Of a stretch of DNA of 44,620 nucleotides, positions 1 through 9,819 are shown piece by piece. The notes beneath the pieces are model-generated. The model was not told the origin of the DNA. It saw nothing but the letters and a program-made list of their open reading frames with translations, and ran no database searches. Numbering within the stretch: the stretch's first letter is position 1; each line of letters starts with the position of its first letter. The DNA is taken from positions 1 to 44,620 of the forward strand of contig CAYVAZ010000004.1 of the NCBI GenBank assembly GCA_964449065.1. Direction: 5' to 3'. The position numbers and the translations under genes are program-made. This DNA is from an uncultured bacterium. Lineage in GTDB: Bacteria > Hinthialibacterota > Hinthialibacteria > Hinthialibacterales > Hinthialibacteraceae.

Positions 1-86
1 GGAGGGCGAGGCTCCCGCCGAGCCAGGTTTAGGAGGGCGAGGCTCCCGCCGAGCCAGGTTTAGGAGGGCGAGGCTCCCGCCGAGCC
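1..86 (+). repeat. Tandem array (31-bp period, about 2.8 copies, may extend left of the window) of REP-like unit GGAGGGCGAGGCTCCCGCCGAGCC (family A)
   Basis: Identical units at 1-31 and 32-62, core again at 63-86; the same core recurs near 9500 (rc), at 39553 and near 43473. Confidence 0.9.
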
Positions 87-116
87 GGAAGTTCAGTACA
101 TCCTAAAAACAGAGAT

Positions 117-222
117 TAGAGCAATTCAAGGTTGGATTGACAGAAAATTAGTATTGCACTTGCCGTAGGGGCACATTGCAATGTGCCCTTACACAACGTC
201 TACGCAAACCTGAAATGCTCTA
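117..222. mobile_element. MITE-like element family 1, copy 1, carrying a GTAG-type REP palindrome
   Basis: Imperfect TIRs TAGAGCAATTCAAGGTTGGATTGA ... TCTACGCAAACCTGAAATGCTCTA; both ends recur at 17829-17935. Confidence 0.7.
160..192 (+). repeat. GTAG-type REP palindrome GTAGGGGCACATTGCAATGTGCCCTTAC (family B)
   Basis: Near-perfect palindrome; inverted copy at 2814-2845, partial copy at 2858-2876, degenerate copy at 43552-43585. Confidence 0.85.
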
Positions 223-315
223 GTGATTAGAGTACCTTATCAATATCCTTTGCCGATCTACTGCTTTTTTTAAGTTCCTATATCAGAACGTATTTTTTCA
301 AGCCCAAGAATGCCG

Positions 316-372
316 TTGTCTCCCCCAAAAGGTTCGGGGGAGATGTCCGACGCCAGGAGGACAGAGGGGGTG
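316..372 (+). repeat. Dispersed hairpin repeat (family C) TCTCCCCCAAA..GGGGGAGATGTCCGACGC..GGAGGACAGAGGGGGTG
   Basis: Near-identical reverse-complement copy at 9313-9369. Confidence 0.85.
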
Positions 373-428
373 GCGATGAGAGAACTAAAATCCTTGCATT
401 GATAATTCTGTTTAATAGAAGGCAATCC

Positions 429-1598
429 TCACTGTCGCGGCACATAATCATACATATTCAACTCCGGAAAATTCTTCTCAAAGATCGCTTGGATGTACGG
501 GTGCATTTCCGATTGAAGCATTAAATACTCATCCCGTGACATATCGATAATTCGTCTATTCCCCTCCCTTACCATCGGACGCACAACTTGAATTCTCATA
601 CGCGGATTCGCGTACCGAATATCCCCTTTTCTAATTTGATCTGCTGAAAGGCCCAAATATTGCAAGTTTGGCGAATTGGAAACATCAATCGTTCGAACGG
701 GATTCCCGCTCAATTCTAAAGATTGCAAATTAATATTTTGCGAGAGATCAATTGACTCAATATTGTTGTATGCAAGCGTCAATATTTCTAAGTTTTCACA
801 CATAGAGATATCAATTTCTTCCAATTGGTTAAAATCCAAATGTAATTGCTGTAACCTATTTTCTTCCGGCAGTTTTATTTCTTTAAGTTGATTCATCATT
901 CCATCTATAAAACTCAAAACTGAATTGCTATTGAAATCAATTGATGTCACTTGGTTAAAACTAAAATCAATCGTATGGAGTAATGGATTCCCGGATAAAT
1001 CTATGTGTTGTAATATTGGCTGTTGATTAGGTTGCTGTGAGCCTCTTATCCCTACACTAACTAATTTTGGATGATTAGAAAATTCGATGGATTCAGAAGG
1101 GTAATTGTGGAAACTGAATTCCTCCAATTGGTCCAAATGCGAAAAATCAAGATTCTTGAAAGAGTTATTAAAAATTTTCAACTCAACGATATTCGGAGTT
1201 TTGGATACATCCAGAGTTTCAAACATCTCACCGATTACAACGAGTTCCTTTAATTTCGGTAAAGCAGGCAGTTCAATCGCAACCGGCGTTTCCGTTGGCG
1301 ACTCACTTCTGATTACGATTTCTTTTATGGATTTCAGATGCTGCAATCCCTCAACGTTATGGCTGTTTCGAATTTCCAGCCGCCCTCCTTTTTCTTCCAA
1401 CTCCTTGCGGGTAAACGGCTCAAACGTCCCCACGCCCATCAACCGCTCCACTGACGCGCGCATGTAGTCATCGGGAAACACGTCCGGCGTGTTCATGTTC
1501 TGCGATGCCAAAAACTTCGGCACCATCACCCACAACAGCAAAAAGATTACCGCCGCCGCAATGCCAATCTCAATCAGCAAAAACCTGTGTGACTTCAT
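429..1598 (-). CDS. Leucine-rich repeat protein (internalin-like LRR) with pilin-like N-terminal TM helix
   Basis: 389-aa ORF; repeated LxxLxLxxNxLxxIDLS units; hydrophobic N-terminus. Confidence 0.85.
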   Translation of the reverse strand: MKSHRFLLIEIGIAAAVIFLLLWVMVPKFLASQNMNTPDVFPDDYMRASVERLMGVGTFEPFTRKELEEKGGRLEIRNSHNVEGLQHLKSIKEIVIRSESPTETPVAIELPALPKLKELVVIGEMFETLDVSKTPNIVELKIFNNSFKNLDFSHLDQLEEFSFHNYPSESIEFSNHPKLVSVGIRGSQQPNQQPILQHIDLSGNPLLHTIDFSFNQVTSIDFNSNSVLSFIDGMMNQLKEIKLPEENRLQQLHLDFNQLEEIDISMCENLEILTLAYNNIESIDLSQNINLQSLELSGNPVRTIDVSNSPNLQYLGLSADQIRKGDIRYANPRMRIQVVRPMVREGNRRIIDMSRDEYLMLQSEMHPYIQAIFEKNFPELNMYDYVPRQ

Positions 1599-2737
1599 AA
1601 CGAATTCCTTACACGAAGATTGATCGATTCATTCGGGTTTAAATCCGGGAAGTTTTTTGTAAATTCTTCCATTAATTTTTCTACAATTTCTTGGCTTGAA
1701 AGAACATGATAGGGCGGCGTAACTGTGATAAGCATGTTTGTATTGGAGTATCGAAGAGTTAGATTTATCACTTGCGATTCGTAAATCGATAAGAGTTCCA
1801 TATCCGGTTGGTTTCTTAAATCGAAGGAATCAATGGGGCATTTGTAACACAACAACCGCTTTAGTTTCGGATTGTTAGATACATCCAAAGTATGAATATC
1901 ATTATGAACAATATCCAAACTTTCTAAATTCGTACAAGCCGAGACATCAAGATGAGTCAATTTGTTCGCCCCCACATCCAAATCAATCAAGTTTTTGTTC
2001 CGGCTTAAATCCAATTCATGCAATTGATTGATTCCCGCTTTGAGTTCAACCAATTCCGGATTGTTTCGAATATCCAATTCTTTGATTTGATTCACGCGGA
2101 CATTCAGTTTTTTCAATTTTGGATTCTTAGAAAGATTTACTTCCTCCAATACTGCATTCTTGTTTGTAGGATGACTATGACTTAAATCGGCTTCTTCCAA
2201 TTCAGGATGATGGGACAAATCAATAGATCGGTATGGATATCCTCTCAGCCTTAATTTTTTCAGTTTGGATAAGCGGCTAAGATCAATCGAGGATAGCGTG
2301 CAATGATAGGTTTCGAGAGATTCAAGATTCGAAACCTTTGTAACATCCAACGTTCGATACATTCTCCCAATAATGGTGAGTTTCTTTAAATTCGGCAACG
2401 CCGGCAGTTTGATATGAACAGGCGTTTCGGTAGGGGACTCGCTGTGTATCACCAGTGAATCGATTTGCCTGAGATGTTGCAGTCCCTCAATATTATGGCT
2501 GTTTGAAATATACAGTTCACCACGTTTTTGTGCCAACTCAGACCGCCGTATCGGTTCAAACGTCCCCACGCCCATCAACCGTTCCACCGACGCGCGCATG
2601 TAGTCATCGGGAAACACGTCCGGCGTGTTCATATTCTGCGATGCCAAAAACTTCGGCACCATCACCCACAACAGCAAAAAGATTACCGCTGCCGCAATGC
2701 CGAGTTCGATCAACAATACCCTGCGTGATTTCATCAT
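1595..2737 (-). CDS. Leucine-rich repeat protein, tandem paralogue of 429-1598
   Basis: 380-aa ORF; LRR units; first ~60 aa almost identical to the downstream paralogue; 4-nt overlap with it. Confidence 0.85.
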   Translation of the reverse strand: MMKSRRVLLIELGIAAAVIFLLLWVMVPKFLASQNMNTPDVFPDDYMRASVERLMGVGTFEPIRRSELAQKRGELYISNSHNIEGLQHLRQIDSLVIHSESPTETPVHIKLPALPNLKKLTIIGRMYRTLDVTKVSNLESLETYHCTLSSIDLSRLSKLKKLRLRGYPYRSIDLSHHPELEEADLSHSHPTNKNAVLEEVNLSKNPKLKKLNVRVNQIKELDIRNNPELVELKAGINQLHELDLSRNKNLIDLDVGANKLTHLDVSACTNLESLDIVHNDIHTLDVSNNPKLKRLLCYKCPIDSFDLRNQPDMELLSIYESQVINLTLRYSNTNMLITVTPPYHVLSSQEIVEKLMEEFTKNFPDLNPNESINLRVRNSL

Positions 2738-2813
2738 CCCCCTCCTATAAACGTGGGCGCGCTGTTATGCCCCGCTCTGCCAAGAACGCTCATATTTTTT
2801 ACAACGGCTTAAA

Positions 2814-2876
2814 TAAGGGCACATTGCAATGTGCCCCTACGGCAATATTCCCCCCAGGCAATGTGCCCCTACACAA
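2814..2876 (-). repeat. REP family B, one full inverted copy plus one partial copy
   Basis: 2814-2845 is the reverse complement of 160-191; GCAATGTGCCCCTACACAA at 2858-2876. Confidence 0.8.
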
Positions 2877-2955
2877 TATAACGGATGAGGTATTTCGTTA
2901 GTTAGATATTTTTTTCCGAAAAGAAAAATAACACGGTAAGTCTAAGGAAATAAGG

Positions 2956-4230
2956 CTACTTCAGGGATTGCAATTTTTGATATTTCTGACGGAAGGATGG
3001 ATTATCCGGGGCCAATTCCATCGCCATGCGCATGGCTTCAAGGCTGCCCGTCAAATCTTGGTTCACATAATAGGCCCGGCTTAACAGGTCATAATTGCGC
3101 GAGTCGGGCTGCACCCGCACAACTTCCTGCATCAGCTGCAATCCCCGGCCGGGGTCGGCCATGCTTAAAATCAGCGCCTGCGCCAGTGTCCGCTTCACAT
3201 TGGGATTGGGCTCAATCGATAACGCATCCTCCAGCATGGGGATCGATTCGTTCCACTTTTGTTTGGCATTCAATATCTCACCCAACTTGGCGGTAAACTC
3301 TACATTACCCGGCCGCAGTGTGTGCAGTTCACGCAGCATGTGTTCCATCTGCTGCAAGTTGCGGTTCGCGGTATACAGTTGCAGTAGGTTGACACGCGCC
3401 TGCACATGTTTCGGATCGAGATCAATTACTTTACGCAAATGCCGTTTCGATTCCTCGTCCTGCCGGTGTTGGTAATAAATCACCCCCGCCAAGAGATGCG
3501 CTTGCACCATAACGTTTTCGGTATCGTTTTCCGTACTATGCCCCTGCGGAACGTAATCCTGCTCTTTGGCCTTCTTTTCCCGGAACAGCGTCAAATACTC
3601 TTTCGCCTTTTCCTGCTCCCCCTGTTCCCGCGCGATCGTCGCCAGCAGATACACCGGTTCCGGGTAACGTTTGTCCAGCTCCATACAGCGTTTGGCATGA
3701 CTTTTTGCGTCATCCCATTTTTCCTGCTCTACCAACTGCTGCGCCAGATAATAATGCGCCGATGCGTTTTCCGGATACGCTTCCACTTCTTTGCGAAAGG
3801 CGTTTACCGCTGAATCCGTTTGGTTCAGTTGCGCAAACGCCAGCCCAATTCGTTCATACACACCTTGTTGTTCAAGCCCGCGTTCTAATACAGATTGGTA
3901 CCATTCAATAGCCTTTTCGTATTCATAAGTCTTTTCATAGATTTGCGCAATCGATAGCGTCGATTCCGTTTGAGCATCATCCAGCGAAAGGGACTTCTTC
4001 AGCGCTTCCACCGCATCATCCCACTGCGACAAGCCCTGATGCACCTTTCCCTTCAGCACATAGCTCAACGGTTCATCCGGAAAATCCTCAACCACCTGTT
4101 CCGCAACGGCAAGCGCGTCTTGACCATGCTTACCGGCTTCCATCTCTTCTTGAGAGAAGGAAACGTTTTCCGCCGGAATAAGCAGTCCAATCAAAACCGC
4201 TGCCGAAATACAAAGACGCTGTCCAAACAT
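2956..4230 (-). CDS. Secreted tetratricopeptide repeat protein
   Basis: 424 aa; signal-peptide-like N-terminus; many TPR units (e.g. AIEWYQSVLE, HLRKVIDLDPKH); GGAG SD upstream. Confidence 0.85.
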   Translation of the reverse strand: MFGQRLCISAAVLIGLLIPAENVSFSQEEMEAGKHGQDALAVAEQVVEDFPDEPLSYVLKGKVHQGLSQWDDAVEALKKSLSLDDAQTESTLSIAQIYEKTYEYEKAIEWYQSVLERGLEQQGVYERIGLAFAQLNQTDSAVNAFRKEVEAYPENASAHYYLAQQLVEQEKWDDAKSHAKRCMELDKRYPEPVYLLATIAREQGEQEKAKEYLTLFREKKAKEQDYVPQGHSTENDTENVMVQAHLLAGVIYYQHRQDEESKRHLRKVIDLDPKHVQARVNLLQLYTANRNLQQMEHMLRELHTLRPGNVEFTAKLGEILNAKQKWNESIPMLEDALSIEPNPNVKRTLAQALILSMADPGRGLQLMQEVVRVQPDSRNYDLLSRAYYVNQDLTGSLEAMRMAMELAPDNPSFRQKYQKLQSLK

Positions 4231-4238
4231 AAACGCTC

Positions 4239-4613
4239 CTATCCGCCGCGCTGTCCGGTAAACTGGTCATCCTTAAACTTAAACAATACATTGAAGGTGG
4301 TCAACGTTCCGTAAATCCCGGTGATGTATTGCTGCAAGTTCACTTTACTTTCTTCACTCAATGCTTTATCGGCATTGATCTTTTGCTCCATGACCCGCAG
4401 TTTGTCGCGCAGCATCACGATCTTATGGAAGAACACTTCCACGGGGATTTCTTTGCCCTGCTGATTGGGATCGCGCGGTTCAAAATACAGCCGGCCGCCC
4501 TTCCACTTATCCGCAATCATGGTGTGGCCCAAAACACCTTCCTCGTGCAGCACTTCCCGTACCGCTTCTTTGACATCTTCGATGGTCATATCCATAGCAA
4601 TCCTCCATGACAT
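4239..4613 (-). CDS. Hypothetical protein (true start probably 4595 or 4589)
   Basis: 124-aa ORF with protein-like composition; GGAGG upstream of the internal ATG; lies 8 bp upstream of the TPR gene. Confidence 0.7.
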   Translation of the reverse strand: MSWRIAMDMTIEDVKEAVREVLHEEGVLGHTMIADKWKGGRLYFEPRDPNQQGKEIPVEVFFHKIVMLRDKLRVMEQKINADKALSEESKVNLQQYITGIYGTLTTFNVLFKFKDDQFTGQRGG

Positions 4614-4693
4614 ATCATTGATTGTACTATTATTTCCTGAATAGAAATTTCGTCTAGTTTCGTCTAATAAAGTGTTAGAATGATGATGTGGGT

Positions 4694-5494
4694 TTACGAG
4701 ACAGGCCGCAGTTGATCCATCAGTTTGATTTGCAGGTAGGATGCATACGACATCAACAGATACGAAAGCCCCCAGCCCGGATTGATCAGCAAGTAGGGGT
4801 GATACAAACCCAACACCTCATAATAGGCATACGCAGTGTCGGTAATGAAGAAGGCCATGAATGCCAACACAATCACCAGCCAGGGTTTGGATACCGGAGA
4901 AAATCCCATCACCGAAAACGCCAGCAGTAAATGGAATGAATACCACGCCAAAAAAATATCGATCACCGGATAGATTTGATAGGCTAACCGCAGCCACAGC
5001 GGCTCGGAATCATCTACCATGACCGGATACACAATGAAATAAGCGGTCAACACCACAATAACCAGTGTAATGATATTGGCAATCAATTTTCGGTGGCTGT
5101 CGGGGAACAACTGCAAGCGGTTGATCTCGTGCAAAAACAAATGCAGGCTGTATATATAAAATCCCGCCCCGATAATTATCAAAACATCCGCCACATTCGG
5201 AAATGTTAAATACGTGTTGTAGGCAAATTCCTGCACGGAATAGATGACGTGGCCAATGCCTTCACACAACAGCCCCAAACTGAACAAAAACCAGCAAAAC
5301 CCCGTGCGTTCTCCTTTTTCAAACTGCTTGGAAACGCGCCAAAGATTGTAAAACCCAAACAAACAGGCTACCGAGATAAACGCGTCATTACTGGCTTCCA
5401 CCCGTTCTTCCGGCAACAGCCGAAACACATATACCATGATTACAACGGCAATGTAAATAAAAATTCCATAAAGCGGCACAGTCGTTCTCCACAA
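4694..5494 (-). CDS. Multi-pass (about 7-8 TM) membrane protein resembling sensor-type membrane domains, without an output domain; start uncertain
   Basis: Hydrophobic segments; FPNVAD and YPVIDI motifs like those in kinase/GGDEF membrane sensor domains. Confidence 0.7.
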   Translation of the reverse strand: MWRTTVPLYGIFIYIAVVIMVYVFRLLPEERVEASNDAFISVACLFGFYNLWRVSKQFEKGERTGFCWFLFSLGLLCEGIGHVIYSVQEFAYNTYLTFPNVADVLIIIGAGFYIYSLHLFLHEINRLQLFPDSHRKLIANIITLVIVVLTAYFIVYPVMVDDSEPLWLRLAYQIYPVIDIFLAWYSFHLLLAFSVMGFSPVSKPWLVIVLAFMAFFITDTAYAYYEVLGLYHPYLLINPGWGLSYLLMSYASYLQIKLMDQLRPVS

Positions 5495-5537
5495 CCTTTT
5501 ATAGAAACAGGGCTGGTATTGGGGTATGCGATTCCGT

Positions 5538-5759
5538 TCATGACGGTTTCAATTGCTTCATGATCGCTTCCGCCTGCTCTTTTCCCACAAAAACAGTCAG
5601 ATGCTCCCGCAGAAACGAACCCAGCTGCGGCAAATCCTCATTGGAAATGTCATCCGGCTGTTTGTTAAAGTTCGCGCAATACGCCAAGATCAGCCGGCGG
5701 GCACCCCCGCCGCCCAACATGGGCTGCAAAAACATTTCAATCCCTCTCGCAAGCGACAC
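5538..5759 (-). CDS. Small helical hypothetical protein (about 73 aa, GTG start)
   Basis: ORF track gives 5538-5786; GAGGT SD precedes the GTG at 5759. Confidence 0.6.
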   Translation of the reverse strand: MSLARGIEMFLQPMLGGGGARRLILAYCANFNKQPDDISNEDLPQLGSFLREHLTVFVGKEQAEAIMKQLKPS

Positions 5760-5848
5760 ATTTAACCTCAGTCTACGAAAATTCACCGAACCAGCTTACG
5801 ATACATCTAACTCGCTTAGTATAGTATACTTTTTTTAGTTTGGAGACC

Positions 5849-6634
5849 ATGCTGATGAAAATCGTGGAAAACTTATGGTTGTCAATTTTAATTGTTATCG
5901 CCATACAACTGAATGCCACGGCACAATCCTGGCGTGAAGATTTGTCCGCCACCTTAGACTTCACCTACGGTTCCCGGTATATGTGGCACGGCTTTGATGT
6001 ATTCGATGACCACGGTTCCTTTCAACCCAGCCTCACTCTGCAATACCAAAACCTGTACGTCGGAATCTGGGCTGCCCTCCCTGATTCCAGCGGATTTGAA
6101 GAGGTGACAGAATTGGACTACTATCTTGGCTATGACCACTCCTTTTTTGAAGAAAACCGCTATGCCATGGAAGTTTCCTTGCTCTACACCTACTTCGACT
6201 TCCCCAACGATAGCAGCGATGTCGAAGCACAAGAAATCGCATTCGGGGTTTCTTTCCCCCAGTTGATCCCAATAGGGCCATCGTTTCTTGTTCCTGGATA
6301 TATGGCCTATTTCAACGCGGAAGGCTTTTCTTCCAACAATCTAACCGATGAGGGATGGTTTCACGATTTCGGTCTTTCCTATAGTTATCCATTGCCGGAG
6401 ATACCGGTTACGCAGGAAGAACAAAGTTTAGATTTGGAATGGGTCACAACCTACAACGATGGCGCTTTCGGCACCGACGCGGGTTTCAGCCACACCACGG
6501 TAAGTGTTTCAACAACATGGGAATGGAGGACTTTATATTTCTCACCTTTACTCGCGTATCAATGGTCGTTTGAAGATACGGTGAATGATGAGGATGAGTT
6601 TTATGCACTCATCAGCACGGGGATTTCGTTTTAG
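5849..6634 (+). CDS. Outer-membrane beta-barrel protein, TorF-like (TIGR02001-type) putative porin
   Basis: Signal peptide; SRYMWHG, QPSL and ELDYYLGY motifs; C-terminal Phe. Confidence 0.7.
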   Translation: MLMKIVENLWLSILIVIAIQLNATAQSWREDLSATLDFTYGSRYMWHGFDVFDDHGSFQPSLTLQYQNLYVGIWAALPDSSGFEEVTELDYYLGYDHSFFEENRYAMEVSLLYTYFDFPNDSSDVEAQEIAFGVSFPQLIPIGPSFLVPGYMAYFNAEGFSSNNLTDEGWFHDFGLSYSYPLPEIPVTQEEQSLDLEWVTTYNDGAFGTDAGFSHTTVSVSTTWEWRTLYFSPLLAYQWSFEDTVNDEDEFYALISTGISF

Positions 6635-6637
6635 CTA

Positions 6638-8287
6638 TCAAACGGCTACCGCTTCCGGTTGGGTCGCCCTTTTGGGAGATGAAGATGGTTGTCCTTCCAA
6701 ATCATCGCCGCTGCCGTTCAATTCCGCGCGGTTGGTCAGCATATCCAAAATCAGGTTAAAGAAAATTTCACGCTGCTTACGGGCCTGAAAGTTGCGGCTT
6801 TGAAAATCAACCGTCCCGGCACTGTCGCAATTAAAACGATTGTAGATTTTATAAGGCATCACTTCAAACAATTTAAATGCCTCCGGATGATTATCGCTAA
6901 TTGGAATGTTCACGATCCATCCTTTCTTTTCCGCGGTATCTTCCGTTAAATTCCTCTCTTTGTTCAAAATTCTTTTCTGATAATCCAACAACTTGGTCAG
7001 TTTCCCGACATCGAACGATTCATCACTCTGTTTAATACCTTTGATATTCGAGTATTTCACCAATTCTTTGCTTTTGGCGGTCTCTTCCTTCATGACGTTA
7101 TTAAAATCGCTTAATGAGACTTGCACCAATGCCGGTTCCTCATGATCCACGCCAAACAACGGGGCAAAGGCTTCCAGCATCCGGCGGAAATGGACTTGAT
7201 AAATTTCCGAAGCAAACGCCCGCGCGTCTTTGTTTTTGCCATGAAAGATCACCGAACGGGGAAATACCTTGAGCAACTGCATTGCGGTTTTAAAATCCGG
7301 CTTGATGCTGTCGATAATGATTTCACGAAACCGTCCGGCCAATTCTTTGTTGCACAACAATTTGCGGATACGCTTGTGATCCACCAAATTCATCGGGACG
7401 CCTTCGGTAAACTGCCATTTGTAGAAGATCGATTCAATCCGCTCAATCTCTTCTATTTCACACTCCAGCGTCTTTTCTTGCATTTCTTTTTCCAGCATGT
7501 CGATGAATTTTTGGTACAGGATAACATCGTCTTCATAATCGTTCAGCACCCCCTCTGTCAGCTGCCGCTCGATGGAAAGGAAGGTGTTTGATTTCATGCC
7601 GCGTGTAAGTTTCCCCACCTGCTTTTGCGTTTCATCAACATACATGTTCAGCAGGGTTTTCCAAGAAGCCATCCCCAGCATTTTATGAAGAATACCACCT
7701 TTTTCATTCTGTATAGAAAAGCCTTTTGCTTCGTACCCCAATACATCGCTGCCGAGTGAAGCCAGTTTTTGCCGAATATGATAGGTTCCATACCGGCTCA
7801 TGACCAAATGTTCATCCACATGAATGCCTTTGCCTTCGAGTGCGGTTTTTGCATCCGTAAGAGTGGTGTTTTGTATCCGTTGCATCACCTCACGTACTTG
7901 GTTTGCCACAGTCATACGAAGGGCATCCATACGGTCGGTAATGGATTTTACCCGTTGGATAATTTTCTCGTCATTGGGCTTTTTTCCCTGGGCATGCAAT
8001 TTACAGGCGGCTTCAAAAAATTTCAGGTCTTCCGCTGAAAGCCATATCTTCGCTTTACGGAACGCTTCTTTTACAATATTCTCAGCCCAAACCCGTTCGG
8101 CACTTTGTTTTCGCCATCCCCATTTGTAAAACGGCGCCTGAACCTTCCCCCCGACTCCCGGCTGAAGACCCAAATCGATCAATATTTGACGGTAAGATTG
8201 ATGTCCATTCGCAAAGAAGATGTACAACGCAATTGCGCTCCCCCCAAAGCAAAGTAATATAGATAAAAATACCCACATTGGAATCAC
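6638..8287 (-). CDS. Hypothetical protein with an N-terminal membrane anchor
   Basis: 549-aa ORF; no family recognised. Confidence 0.65.
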   Translation of the reverse strand: MIPMWVFLSILLCFGGSAIALYIFFANGHQSYRQILIDLGLQPGVGGKVQAPFYKWGWRKQSAERVWAENIVKEAFRKAKIWLSAEDLKFFEAACKLHAQGKKPNDEKIIQRVKSITDRMDALRMTVANQVREVMQRIQNTTLTDAKTALEGKGIHVDEHLVMSRYGTYHIRQKLASLGSDVLGYEAKGFSIQNEKGGILHKMLGMASWKTLLNMYVDETQKQVGKLTRGMKSNTFLSIERQLTEGVLNDYEDDVILYQKFIDMLEKEMQEKTLECEIEEIERIESIFYKWQFTEGVPMNLVDHKRIRKLLCNKELAGRFREIIIDSIKPDFKTAMQLLKVFPRSVIFHGKNKDARAFASEIYQVHFRRMLEAFAPLFGVDHEEPALVQVSLSDFNNVMKEETAKSKELVKYSNIKGIKQSDESFDVGKLTKLLDYQKRILNKERNLTEDTAEKKGWIVNIPISDNHPEAFKLFEVMPYKIYNRFNCDSAGTVDFQSRNFQARKQREIFFNLILDMLTNRAELNGSGDDLEGQPSSSPKRATQPEAVAV

Positions 8288-8612
8288 GATCTCTTTTCAA
8301 TGTAAAAAAATGTTAAATAAGTATCGGTCGCATCTGCGCAAAACATAAACAAAAAGTAAATATAGAATCAAAATCATTATGTATTACAACACATTTTTGA
8401 TAATGTAATGTATAAAATATATCAGTTTTTTAGCCCGTTTCAACCCATCACCTTAGTATCGGCTAAACGGAAAATATAGACTAGGGTTTTTCCTGATATT
8501 TTCAATCCTTTTTATCTACTTTTTTTCGTCTGCATTGATTCCTATGGCGATGGATTTATCATGCCCGAAATTCTTGATTGTTAAAAACTGATCTGTAGAG
8601 AGGAAACCGCTA

Positions 8613-9269
8613 GTGTTAGACGCGATTAAAGATTGGATACACGGTCTAAAAGAATGGACAATTTCATTGGTGATCAATGACGGTGAATTCACCGAAAACG
8701 CTGTTTTGGCGTTAGGCCTTATCGCATTTGTTGAATCGTCTTTCTTCCCCATCCCTCCCGATATCCCATTTATTATGATGGGGGTAACGCAACCGAGTAT
8801 TTCTCTTTATCTAGCCCTTGTTCTTTCGATTGGATCTGTTTTGGGCGGTGCTTTGGGGTATCTCATCGGTTATGCCGGGGGAAGGCCGTTTGTAGAGTGG
8901 CTGGTCACCAAGCGTTTTATGCGCCCTATTTTCAGCCATGAAAAGTTTGAAATGGTCGAAGCCTATTATAAACGCTACGACTCGTGGGCGGTGTTGATTG
9001 CCGCGTTCACCCCCATTCCCTATAAGGTATTTACCATCGCAGGAGGTCTCTGCAAGATCAATTTCTGGCGCTTTATGCTGTTTTCATTCATAGGCCGCTC
9101 CGCCCGTTTCTTTATCGTCGGAACCATTCTCTATATCTGGGGAGAAAGTGCGCAAGTCCTTATCAAACGCCTCGATTTGTTCTTGATTGTTATGGCTGTG
9201 ATCGGTATTTTAGGATTTGTCGCCATTGGTTTTCTGAAAATCCGAAAAGAAAAAGAATCAACAGAATAA
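8613..9269 (+). CDS. YqaA/DedA (VTT domain) membrane protein
   Basis: ESSFFPIPPD, FTPIPYKVF and GRSARFF motifs; GAGG SD before GTG. Confidence 0.9.
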   Translation: MLDAIKDWIHGLKEWTISLVINDGEFTENAVLALGLIAFVESSFFPIPPDIPFIMMGVTQPSISLYLALVLSIGSVLGGALGYLIGYAGGRPFVEWLVTKRFMRPIFSHEKFEMVEAYYKRYDSWAVLIAAFTPIPYKVFTIAGGLCKINFWRFMLFSFIGRSARFFIVGTILYIWGESAQVLIKRLDLFLIVMAVIGILGFVAIGFLKIRKEKESTE

Positions 9270-9312
9270 AGCGCAACGGTTTCCGCCGCAGCCTTCGTTG
9301 CGGTTTTCTTCG

Positions 9313-9369
9313 CACCCCCTCTGTCCTCCTTGCGTCGGACATCTCCCCCAAATGCTTTGGGGGAGACAA
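9313..9369 (-). repeat. Repeat family C copy
   Basis: Reverse complement of 316-372. Confidence 0.85.
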
Positions 9370-9494
9370 AGGCTTTTGCAGACTGAGGCCTGCACCACAT
9401 TATGAAACCGCGAATGCGTGCGAATAACAACAGGGGCATTACCAGTTCGTAGAGTTTCATACCGTTATTATTTTGGATGATTGAGGAGGAAAGT

Positions 9495-9529
9495 GTGCTT
9501 CCGGCTCGGCGGGAGCCTCGCCCTTCCAA
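9495..9529 (-). repeat. REP family A copy
   Basis: Reverse complement matches 43471-43505 with one mismatch. Confidence 0.85.
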
Positions 9530-9558
9530 GGCTTGGTTCACTGAAGCGCGCCTTCATA

Positions 9559-9584
9559 TACCGGCTGGAAGCCGATGCTACCCA
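9559..9584 (-). repeat. GTAG-type REP family D (GGTAGCAYCGGCTTCCAGCCGGTA)
   Basis: Reverse complement matches 39482-39507 with one mismatch. Confidence 0.8.
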
Positions 9585-9819
9585 GTATAATAAAGGTAAG
9601 GCCGTAAGGCAGCCGGTAGGATGAGTTGAGGCTTTTTACGAACCCCATCTATTACGCTGCCCTTGGCTATCCTCTTTTATTCCGTTGGGGTGCATTCGTC
9701 CCAGATTTGTGAGTACAGATCAACCCGGAGAGTGAGGGCGGTAGATACAGCGAACAAAGAGAAGAATAACTTGTATATCATAACGCTTGCGTTAGGTCAG
9801 TAAAAAAGTGCACGTATCT

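Noticed and set aside
1..86. Possible CRISPR array
   Set aside because: The units are contiguous with identical 7-nt linkers, there are no unique spacers and no cas genes, and the unit is dispersed like a REP
228..414. Third MITE family (TTATCAAT/ATTGATAA ends around repeat C)
   Set aside because: Only an 8-bp match and no second copy of these ends seen
429..2737. Diversity-generating retroelement template/variable repeat pair
   Set aside because: The shared segment is N-terminal, differences are not adenine-specific, and no reverse transcriptase is present
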